Below, piece by piece: positions 39,242 through 50,535 of a DNA stretch of 64,000 nt. The stretch lies in assembly GCA_030141605.1 (NCBI GenBank), contig JAQGDQ010000130.1, positions 267,974 to 331,973 of the forward strand, read 5' to 3'. This DNA comes from Tubiluchus corallicola (lineage: Eukaryota > Animalia > Priapulida). The number at the start of each line of letters is the position of its first letter. Position 1 is the first letter of the stretch. Made by a program: the position numbers and the translations under genes. The notes under the pieces were generated by a model, which saw nothing but the letters and a program-made list of their open reading frames with translations, had not been told where the DNA came from and did not search any database.

Positions 39242-42200
39242 ATGGGTGAAATCATCCAGTTACAAATAGGCGCTTGTGGAAATAACTTGGGAATGAAGGT
39301 TTGTGGATTTCATTTCTGTCCTGCTTGTGTATGTCTGCTTTGAAGATTTCCACTATTAATCAAGTTTGAATTGAATTAAGTTTATTACTGTATGTCGACA
39401 GTCAACGATATATTCAATATAGGGTAAAATCAATGTTTTTAAGATAATACAAATTAAACCAAGTAGGAGCAAAATTAAGATGCAATACATCGCTAAATAA
39501 TCAATCTACATCCAATTGGGCAAATAAACAATACATACACTTAAGTAAACTATAACTATCTGTAGGGACTTTCAGGAATCAATCAAGTGTAAATTGACAA
39601 GTTTGTTTCTGAAACTATAATACGATTTTTGCCAATATGAATAAAGCAGTTGCAACAAATGAACTCGTACATCTGTTCCAGCATGGGAACCTTATCATAG
39701 TTAATTTTGTGAACAATCAAATTTTGTATTAGTGCAGTCCTTTATTTTAGGCACTTTAAATAGTATTTATCAAGCACTATTTAACTATTGTACTCTTGTT
39801 ATGTAGTAATATTCATAATTATTGCAACTTTTCTCGTGTATAGTGGTCACTATTATTCTGCGTGTGTCTGTAACGATTCGCTCCCACTAAGGCGAGCATA
39901 TAACCTATCAGTTGTCAAACTGTCAGTTTCAAACCTAGTTCGATGTTATATCTTCAATAAAATTATGTTTAAACCAAAGCAATGGAAGACTTCTTTATAA
40001 GCAAGCATATTTGAGATGCACTGAAATCTTACATACCTCAAGTAAAATAATTTTTTCAATTACATTATCATACCAAACCAAAAGCTTTTTCATATAATTT
40101 GCTTATATTTGATTAATACTGATACACATTAAAAATATTTTAAGGAATATAATTTCACTGTATCTGAACAACTAGAGAATTACAAGCATGCACGATAACT
40201 TAGCTGACAGTTAATTGTCAATGTCATGATTCAGATGTATCCATACATAGTGACTTACGAGTTTCTATTTATAGAAGCAGGTAAGGCTTATTGTGCAGAT
40301 ACACTTGACCAGTAATGCACCTTTTTGTCATTCCGACAAAAATATAAACGCTTTCCTTCATCGTGAATACATATGACGCGATAATTTGTGAAAAACAACT
40401 GCAGAAAACCTGATCTGGAATGCAGAGGGTGAAATAGTTTACAATATTATCAATTTCACGCTAATTCTATTTATAATATTTTTGCTTTCACAAAAATTAT
40501 GCAAAAACGTTCAGACTTCAGTGAAAAATGTTAAAAAACCCGAAGACGATGTGGACAATGAAACAATTGCTTAGACCTAAAGATTTTTGTTATTGGTAAA
40601 CGGAATAGATCACCTTTTTATCCGTTTGTTAAAGTCAATGTAGGAATTTACTAAAAATTAAGTGAAGTGATTTGTATAAATCATCGTAAGCACCTTTATG
40701 CCTACTGGCAGCCTTCCAAAAAACAAAATCAGAATAAGTTTCAATGTACTGCTGTCAATTGTGCAGGGCGTCCTTACAAAATAATAATAATTTACTACAG
40801 TTTTACAATTTACTGCAATACATTACATATACAATGCAATACATTACAACGCAAAAAAACTTCACAGACAGAATCTCACACATGGGGTATAGTCCTCATA
40901 CAGCACAACAACAACAACAACAACAACAATAATAATAATAATAGTAAATGATATTTACTATAGTTAAATATTACAATAATATTATATTACGTTATGTTAT
41001 ATTGCAAAGTTCAGTACACAACGAGTTTTAGAACTGCAGTTACATTTTTCAGCAAATTTGTACACTGTAGAGCATAGTATTATAGTCAAAATCTTGTAAG
41101 CTACATTTAAAGAGAAGCCTTAGAATTATAGCATACAATGAAAATCTTACACTGTTAACTAAAACTACAAGTAAGCTCAATTTTGTATATTTCAATTTCG
41201 TTTTATAAAATACTCAGTAATGAATTTTGATACTAAAATTTGTCATTTCAAAAGCACCACCTCTTAACAGCAAAATAAAATTTTGGTCCATAGGTAGATT
41301 AATAGCAACAGGGAAAATTTTCGCAATAGAACTGAATAAATTTGCCCACAGATCATGGTAACTTTTACATCCAAGTAGAAATTGCATTTCATCTTTTTCC
41401 TCCTTTACAATGTTTGCGTATTAAAAAAAACTCATATAGTTTTTGTTTCTACAAATGAACGTGTTTTTCTATGGACTTTGTGTTTTCAGAACTATGGATC
41501 AAGCAGTCAGTGTGTTCTTGATATCTGTTTCAGTTTTGGGAAGACGTTTCAAGAGATCAGTATGTGAATAACAAAGGACGTTATGAGGGACTTGGAGTAG
41601 AAATGGAAGAACGCTTGGCAAGAATTGAAACTTATTTCAACGCCTCTTCACACAGTTCAGGTGAAATAAACCTACACTCACTGGCTTTAATTTCGTTTTT
41701 TATTTGACTCTGCGTCTTAACAGTTGTTCTAAGATCAAGTTCAGATTTGTCCTTGGCTAAGTAGAGACTTGTCTTAGACTAAGTTGAAACTTGTTTTAGA
41801 TTAAATTGAAACTTGTCTTAGACTAAGTTAAAACTTGTCTTAAACTGAATTGAGATTTGTCTTGGACTAAGTCATGGACTGTCTTAAACTAAGTTGAAAT
41901 TTGTATTAAACTGAGTTGAGACGTCTCTTAGATTAAGTTAAGACTTGTCTTAGACTAAGTTGATACTTGTCTTAGACTAAGTTGAGACTTGTCTTATGAC
42001 AAGTTGAGATTTGCTTTAGACTAAGCTGATACTTTTCTCAGACTAAGTTGAGATTCGTCTTAAGGCAGCTATTCCCAGCGAGAGGTATACTACAAGTCTA
42101 AAGGGCGGAATCTCAAGAAAGAAATGAGGGGGGGGGGGTCAGACAAAGATGTGAAGAATGTGATGTATTTTTGTTAAATAAAATACCAGTACATACAAGT

Positions 42201-45200
42201 TAGTATTTTTACTAACTTCCATGTACATCCATTTTAGTTATCGTCAAAGGTACTTTTTGCGAAATATAAAATTGTAATCTGCTGAATCGTCGAATCGTCA
42301 ATAAAATGTGTAAAACTGTCATCATGTATTTTACATTCTGTTAAATTTCACATGCTAACTGTAACACGCCAAGAGCGTTATTGTATATGAAACCATTTCA
42401 AAACTATAATCAACAAAGTGATACATTCAGTGACGTTAACAGAACTTTTCCACAAGTAAGTCTGCTTTTAAGACTTGGCCGCTCATTTTCAAGGGATCAC
42501 ACACTACTGATTAAGTTTTCTATCCGTAAAATAAATAAACTACTCCCCCAATAGTGTTTTTTGTTAAGTACACCTGCTTTATTTTACTGTTGTCAATTAA
42601 CATTTAGCTATGGTATGTATTATTTTGTTGTTTATGCTTTATTCAGGTACTGTCTACTCGCCTCGAAGTATTTGTATTGATTTTGATCCAATGTCCCTGG
42701 ACGTAATTAAAGAAGCTAATTATGGATCAATGATTTCTGAGGATAATATTATCGTAGGTAAGGTTACGAGTAACTGCATAATACCGTCATGAATCCCAGG
42801 AAACGTATTTCGGCCTAGACCCTATATAGGGGGCACAAAAACAACGCGTATAGAACAATTTGTTACATCGAAGCATTACTGAAACAAAAGAGAATATAGC
42901 TTGTTCACAATACTTAGTGTGGAAGCCTCACGCGTCTCTCCCAGCTACCGCCTACCCTCTTGGAGAATGTAGGGGTAGCATCTCGAAAACTCTGGTGTTG
43001 TTTTTTCTATCGAACTAAATGGCAGAGTGAAGGCTAACATGATCCAAGAACACGCTTTTGATTCATATAAAAAACAAACATGCGAAATACTTGCAGGAGG
43101 TATTAGAGGATCTTCAGTTTGACCCTGATCTGTTCGAGTCTCCAATAACACATCTCAAGATAGTGCCAGACGCACGAGGCCGTTAAACTAAATATTGGTG
43201 GCATAATAAATTCTCCACTGATTGAGCAATACTTTGATATAATACTTTGATTTGTACTATTTCTCTATTTGTACCTCAACGGTTTAATTTTATGTTTATT
43301 TATATGCATATTTATATGAATATTGATGTGTGGGAAAAATGGCATAGGAAAAATTGCACAGTAAAAGTTGCACAAGAAAAAAATGTCACTGGAAAAAGGG
43401 TGCAAATCAAAAAATAGAAAAAATGGTACATTTTGGCGTGTTTTCGACCGTCATTTTTTTCGCAAAAAACACCATTTCATGATGCACATCGCAGACGTCT
43501 GAGAGGGAGGGTCATAGCACTTTAGAAAAAGGAGGACTTGGCTACAAGATAAGGTAATTAATTCATTTTTGTTATTTCTCGCTTGGAAAACTGTACGATG
43601 ATGTCTATATCCTTTGATTATATGTATTTACAGCCTTATAAGCTGACTTCATACGTAAATACGTGTATTTTGTCAGTCTATTATACTATTGCCAAATGGT
43701 TAAAGAAATGTAGACAAACACTATACGAAATGTTCGTGCATTATTGATTATAATTCTGTATAACAAGTTAGATATTTCGTGAGTCCTTTGCTAGTCTATA
43801 TAATACTTATAAAGATATATTTTTGTATATTCGTTTGTTTATCATTTGCCGAAAGTTCCTTCGGGTTTATCAAAAGAGTCAGACGAATACGTTTAGGATT
43901 TTTCGACCTTGGCGGAAGACTGCTTCCTACTAAGCGCATTCGAGTTTTATTATGGAAATTATCAGCATGAAAATAACAGGTGTCATTTTTACCTGTGCCA
44001 TTTTTACACTACAATTTTTACTATGGCGTTTTTGCCTACTTTAAGGAATGTATATTTATAATGCAGTGTAGAATTATAAGAATAGTATCCATGAATTTTT
44101 TGGAGCAGAGTATCATGATATTTTTTATTAAAAGATTAGAACAGTTATGCTAAAAGCACTTATATATGCTAATCTTTATATATAAATAAAATATGAAGTC
44201 AGATTTTTAGAAACTGTTGGCAATTAAGAAATTAAGAAAGAAATGTGTTAATCACTAAAATATGACATAGTCTGATTAAAATAATAAAATGGGAGACAAA
44301 AATATCACAAGCATAGGAAGAGAGCTGCCGACAATAATGCTGTCACTGGGTCATCGTGGTAGCTATGCACGATCCCGTAATAAATTACATACATAAAACA
44401 TTTGCAGAAGTACAAAAGATTAGAGGTCGATAATCTGATAATCTGACACAGAATAATGAAGGTGATGGGGCGTTATCAATGTTAAAATCAGTCCGATTCC
44501 GTATACATCCCTAATTCCGTAACTCCATAATGGTCATAGTATTTATAACCACGTATCTGTCCACAAGGAGCAAAACTTGTTACAAATGTATAAACAGTAT
44601 TGCTATTGGTATAAGCAAATGAACTTGGTTGCTGTTCTTCTAGGCTCCTATGAAGGGTGTACTACCGAAAGCAACTGGATTAAGGGATACAACCAGACTG
44701 AAGACAGAATTTCTGATTCGGTAACCGAGGCAATTCGAAGGTCTATCGAATCTTGCAGTAAATTTCAAGGTTTTCAGCTGTGTCACTCCCTAGGTGGAGG
44801 TACTGGATCTGGATTCGGTTCATTTATAATAGAAAAATTACGTGATGATTTCCCAAAGAACGTTATCGCCTCGTTCTCTGTTCTGCCTTCTAATAAGGTA
44901 TTTATGTTAAATTTGTAAAAGATAGCTTTGTGAATGACATTTGCTGTGTGATTAAAATACGTTATATTTAAAAAAACATTCTATTTATTTCTCAAATTTT
45001 CTGGCTTTAAGGTTGTCCCTTGTGTTCTTGACGCTGGAAGTGTTCTGAATTTGGTAGCTTATACTTGGTGATACAGTTTATTTTCGAATTCTAAAGCAGT
45101 TGGCTGCTTTTTCATACAATCATAAAATCACACAAGTTACGCAATCTTTTTTATGCAGAGAAGGGCAAAATTGCGAGAGATGGCTTTCTCTATGTCTGAA

Positions 45201-48200
45201 CGCGCATTCAGAGAACGCGCATTCATTTGTCTTTCTAAATCTCAAACTATAACATGCGGTGTCCCTCAAGGATCCATATTAGGACCGTTATTATTTTTAA
45301 TTTACATAAATGATCTAAGCAAGTTACTAAATAGGAATAATCTATTTCAATTTGTTGATAATAAATTCAATAAGTTCAAAAATTGCAAAAAATGTTTGCA
45401 TTATTTCAATTATTAAAAATTCACTTCAAATTTTCAGATTAATTTCATTACTTTTTTTCTTTCACAGTGTGGGACAATCTAACAAGCCCAACTTTTTGAT
45501 TGCCGGCAACACATTTACATTCGTATATATAGCAAACCTAAACTATGATATATATAAACTAGTTATGTGCTCAAAGTAAACTGCATACGAATTTACTAAG
45601 CAACAAACAACAGCGATAATTCTCTTGTTCATCTTTCAACCCCACAATGTTTTGAGAGTCAAGTTAGTATATTTGTAATGATGCTGTACATAACGTTGTT
45701 TAGACACCAGTGTTAAAGGAAGTAGCGATATCACTATCTTTGTTTACCACAGGTTCACCTACCTCTAAAGACAGTCTAAATCATTTTTTCAAAATTTGCT
45801 TCCTATTATGTATCTTACTGTTTGCTATTCATTGAATTATTGAAAACTTTTTGTTTCTTTTACTGTATTAAATGTGTATTTGTGTTGATGTCAAATAAAT
45901 GAATAAACAAAATAAAATAAACAAAGAACTTGCGGAAGAAGTCGCGAGAGTAGTATTTACGCCTGAACGCACCATAAGAATTAACACTTGACACGAACGC
46001 GCGGGCAGGTCTACTTTCTAGATAAGCAACTTGAGTTGAGAGGACAAAAGCACGTTCAAAATTTTTTACTTTGAAATACGTTTTGTATATCGTTTTGAGT
46101 CTTTGATATATCTGCCACATGCCTTTGTCAAACAACACTACTACAAGCCTACTAGTAAGATCATTTTTTATTGCCACATTCAAGTGAATTGTTCTCTTAA
46201 TGCAGCTAATATTCATTACTTTCCAATCACTCCTTTATTGTTGCAGACTTACTATAAAGACCATTTGGTCTCTCGAGGCATTTACTTTAACACCTCCTCC
46301 CCCAGTATATTACTGGTCAGTAGACGAGTTCACTGTCGTTGGTCTTTTCAGAGTAAACTACAAAGCTTGGACAACTTCAAATCATCCTTCGTTGGCGTTC
46401 CACTCACAGGTTTTAATTAACAGCACGTTTGTTTCGCTTCTGAGTCGCTTTTGCACCAGGACAGAAGACTGTCAACTCATGGGTGATTTGAAAACACTAC
46501 ACTAATTAGAGCTAAATTGCTTGAACTTACTTGCTTCAGAAACTGGCCAGAATTTGCTGCTTAGGCAATGCCGCGCATTAATTTTTGTGTTGCTTGTAGC
46601 CACGTCGCTTTGTTTTTGTAATGCTATAATTTTGAAATTCATAGATTGTACCTACGTATTTGTCAATACTAAACATCTACTAACTATCTACGAGTTGATC
46701 TATTAGGTTAAAGCTACCAAGCCAGAAAATTTTATATTCAAGCCAATGAGATATTGAATAATGACACAGCACAGTACCTAAATGAGTCAATGATTGAATA
46801 AACAATCTCTTTAATATTAAATCCTAAATTCTTGTTGATCAGATTTGGGAGCTCAATTTATTTGCAAGTTCGTACAGAATTTGGTCTGGGAAAGCATTAT
46901 TTATAAAAAATTAATAAAGTCGTCTGAATTTTTTGTAAGCCAATGTTGTATGCTGATGTTTTTGTTGACAGAAACAATTAATAAATTCCTAAAAACTTAA
47001 ATTTCGAGAATCGCAAAATGTTGAGCACAGAATAAGGATTGTCTATACCGTCAAGCGGGTGCTACCATGTTCAAATTTTCATTTCTGATTCTGAGATTGT
47101 GTGCCTATACCCTCGTTTGCCCTCGTGCTCTTTAGAGCAGGTTAACGTGACATTTTTTCTGTAGAACTATACCCTTTTTGGAAACACAACACTTTTAGGT
47201 CGGCCATTCAGTTTCCGTTTTCAGTGTCCTGGTGAGTGGCTTTCATAGTATTTACAGTCGTGCACGAACTGTAAAAAGTAATGAAAACGAAAACAAACAA
47301 ACAGCATTATTTCTCTACTTTCAGGTCACCGAAAATGTGTTCGAATCGGCGAACGTTTTGATGTCAATTCCCAAATTGTCCGAATTCGCAGACGCCATAT
47401 TTGTTATTGACAATGAAGCTATACACGACATTTGTACTGGACATTTTAAGACACCTAAGCCAGTTCTTGACGAAATCAACACTATTGCTTCATCCCTGAT
47501 GACAAACGTCACCACAAGTTTCAGGTAAACATGAGAGGGCATGTTCGAGGAGAAAGGCGTGAAAGAATAGGTGACTGCATTGTCAATGTGAGAAAGTGAA
47601 AATTAAAGGAGAGAAGCAAACACTTAGGAAACACATGGGGCATTGGACAAAAAATGGATAATGAAAGTTAAGGAAATGCTTTTTTATGTGTTATGCTAGC
47701 GCCACAAATAAAATTGCTAAAAAGAAGTGTGTATAATATGAACCTCACAGGTTTTTTAAGCATCAAGGCTATCCACACTTGAAGAGGGACAAAAAATGGA
47801 AAGTGGGAGTTAAGGAAAAGGAAATGATATTAGGAACGGAAAATAAAAACCGAAAGGAACTGGAGGAGGAAATATGAGAAAGTGTAGTAAAAACGCAAAA
47901 TACGTAATTACATTGGTGAGAAATACCAACGTGAGTGACATAGATTTTATACAAATAACTGCAGAAAAGTTTTTAGCTCCTTCAGGACCGCACCATTCAA
48001 AATAGGTCTTTGTAGCTTTGTCTCAAAATAGTAGCTTTGTCTGGTGTACACTTGCGCGATCGTACACACTACGTATCGCCTGCTTGCTACAGCCCAAGAG
48101 AACCCTCTGCTGTAGAGAGTTCCAAGAAAAACCAATCAATCAGCCAAGGAAAAATTAAAGTCGTCTCACCTTTTAACAGGGACTTCTTAAAAAATAGAAC

Positions 48201-50535
48201 AGACTCGATGTCAAAGTTTATCAGAGTGTTGTGTCTGGATAGATGAAATTTTCTGCATTAGACATTTTCACACAAGTGATACTGTACATTGTTACAGTAC
48301 AAACACTGCAGTTACAGAAAGCTTTTTTTCAGTTTTTTCATCGAAAATCGATTTTTAATTTGTATGGTAAGCAAACGCATTTCTCATATAATTTTGCATG
48401 AAAGGAGTAGAAACCTCACATTTTGTGAGGAGTAGAAACGTACAAAAATAATCAATATAACGTAATCGCTGCTTAGTGAGTGCAAAGTGCAACAAACGCT
48501 TACGGTCCCGAAGTAGTTGAACGTAAAGTAACCAAGTTACAATTAAGGTTTTTCAGAATTTTTTCATGAGGCCGGCACTTAACTGCAATTAATATGGGTT
48601 ATTCATAACAGGTTTCATTGAGCGTTAACTTATTCTCGAGAATTTTGCATCTTTCATCTGAGAAACATGCAATTTTACAAGGCAAGACAACCTTTTTAAT
48701 GTACACTTTGTTTCTCATTTTTTCTTTTAAATGTAACATTTACTTTCTAAGGAAGAAAGTTTATTTGTTTTGAACCATTTTTACCTTTGCTAACTTAGCA
48801 TTCGTCATATTACATAAACTTTTACATTTTTAAGCGATTAACTTTTATTTCTGCAAAAATAAGGAGAAACACTTTTGGGTTACTCGCTTGCGAAGCAACT
48901 CTATAATGTAGTCTACTTCGCAGTGATGTGGGTCTTGTTTGTGTAATAAGTTTTCAGTAATTATTATACTATGGAGTCACAAAAAATTACTCTATATTCT
49001 AAATTTTTATTAAAAAACGGACTACCTAGAACGAAACGATAAACGGCATTCTAAATTACATGTTCACGAAAAAACGGATACTATAACAACAATAAATGTG
49101 CGTTCTAAATGACACATCCAGGAAGTTTGGCAGGAAACTGGATAAGTTAGTAATTCAATGCTTCGCATTCCGAGCTAGTTTTTAATTATGCTTAGTTACG
49201 TAAACTTGTGCCTCACATATATACTGTAGAAGTAATGATAAGCCCAATGTTGACGCCACACATTATACGTGGATTAAAGAGGCTGATATATAGCTAGATA
49301 TTTAACACACACATTCGGGTGAAATCTTGTCATGGGTTCATATGGAACTTCCAATTAGAAGTGAAACATTCTGTGATGATACGCCAAAGGCCAGACAATC
49401 GCATTTTCAAGCTATTATACGCAAAATAGTGATGTGACTTTTGTATCGATTTTTTAGATACAATTCCATGATTTGGGGAGATTTTACGTCAATGATCAGC
49501 GATATGGTGCCTAAAAATCCATTGAAATTTCTAACATGCAGCATGCTACCTGTTTCAAATTCTTCGGCACAGACTGAAACAGTTCAGCCAATTTCAGAAC
49601 TGGTTTCTGGTCTCTCAAAAGGCCAACATTGTTTCATGCGTGGTAACTTTTCAGAGGAAATCAGAATCGCATGCGGGGCTACCTTTCGTGGAAAATCGTT
49701 AAATTTAAAGGAGATTAGCACTTTATTCTCAGAAACTAACGCAGATATGAAGCCATCCGTGGGCTTATGCAAATTTCCTCACCATTCACTGGCTTCATGT
49801 GGAACACTGATTAGCAATGGTTCGATGATTAATGAGTATTTTCGACAGTTGAGCAGCGAATACGAGGAAAAAAGCCGCAACAAAACATTCGTTCCCTGGT
49901 TTGAAAATGAAGACGAATTTGAGAGAGATTTTCAAGCGGCAGCTGAAACGCTAAAAAGCATAATTGCCGCTTATGAAGAGGTTCAAGCTGACTGCATCAG
50001 CAATAGCACAAGTACTGCTAAAGAATCAGAGCCTGTAAAAACAGATCAGGAACAGCCGCCGCTTGATTCACAACCAGCCAGAGCACGGAAAAAGACAACT
50101 GTACAAAACAAAACTAAAACGAACCCAGGTGATGAAAGAACTAGTAAGCCAAAACCAAAAGCAGCGACAACAACACCTAAGTCGGAAGAAAGCGAGGCAA
50201 ATGGTAAAGCAGAAAAGAGCGGAAGGGCAAGAAGAGACAGCCAAGGCAATAAAATTGCAAATAAAGGAGATAATCCAAAGACAGGAAAAGATAGCCAGGA
50301 TCGAACAGGCATTGCTGGTATGAAGGTGAACAACAGCAAAGCAAGAAGAGATAGCCAAGACACTGTTGCTCCGGTTAAGACAAATGATACAAAGGCAAGA
50401 AAAAATAGCCACACCGGTACCGTTGCCGTCAAAGCAAATGACGTCAGTGTAAGAAAAGATAGCCAAGATGATGTTGCAGCTGTTAAAAATAAGACAGCAA
50501 AATCCAAACCTAAGAAGACAACAAAATCGAAGTGA
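39242..50535 (+). CDS. Highly divergent beta-tubulin-like protein, 608 aa; exons 39242-39298, 41534-41660, 42647-42757, 44644-44897, 47325-47524, 49458-50535
   Basis: All junctions are GT-AG and in frame (57+127+111+254+200+1078 = 1827 nt). Tubulin motifs: MGEIIQLQIGACGNNLGMK|FWE, YSPRSICIDFDP, NWIKGY, FQGFQLCHSLGGGTGSGFGS (intact tubulin signature), FVIDNEAIHDIC, VTTSFRY, TFRG. The first three intron positions (after codon 19, then two phase-1 introns around a 111-nt exon) match the classic beta-tubulin structure. AATAAA signals at ~50564-50580. Confidence 0.88.
41718..42075. repeat. 22-bp tandem array (~14-15 units, consensus AGACTTGTCTTAGACTAAGTTG) with imperfect inverted ends, in tubulin intron 2
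   Basis: Units recur every 22 bp from ~41743 to ~42062. The left end AACAGTTGTTCTAAGA resembles the reverse complement of the right end, AATAGCTGCCTTAAGA. Confidence 0.8.
43330..44040. mobile_element. Probable DNA transposon relic with inverted 15-bp subterminal repeats
   Basis: The left end has repeats like GGAAAAATGGCACA; the right end has the inverted repeats TGTGCCATTTTTAC. No clear TSD was seen. Confidence 0.5.
45200..45330 (+). mobile_element. CR1/L2-type LINE reverse-transcriptase fragment in tubulin intron 4
   Basis: SKSQTITCGVPQGSILGPLLFLIYINDL is the GVPQGS.LGP.LF.IYINDL motif of non-LTR RT. The following FADD motif is decayed (LFQFVD). Confidence 0.85.

Noticed and set aside
41743-42062. 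Possible CRISPR array
   Set aside because: The repeats are contiguous with no unique spacers, there are no cas genes, and the context is a eukaryotic intron.
45860-46706. Cluster of 60-118-aa ORFs in tubulin intron 4
   Set aside because: No recognisable domain or consistent splice sites; tubulin exons 4 and 5 join cleanly without them.
50046-50507. Hydrophobic antisense ORFs overlapping the tubulin tail
   Set aside because: Shadow ORFs of a low-complexity Lys/Asn/Thr-rich sense frame; no independent support.
39242-50535. Calling the tubulin-like gene a pseudogene or a bacterial/viral FtsZ/TubZ transfer
   Set aside because: There are no stops or frameshifts in 608 codons, and it has canonical spliceosomal introns at beta-tubulin positions with colinear similarity to beta-tubulin.
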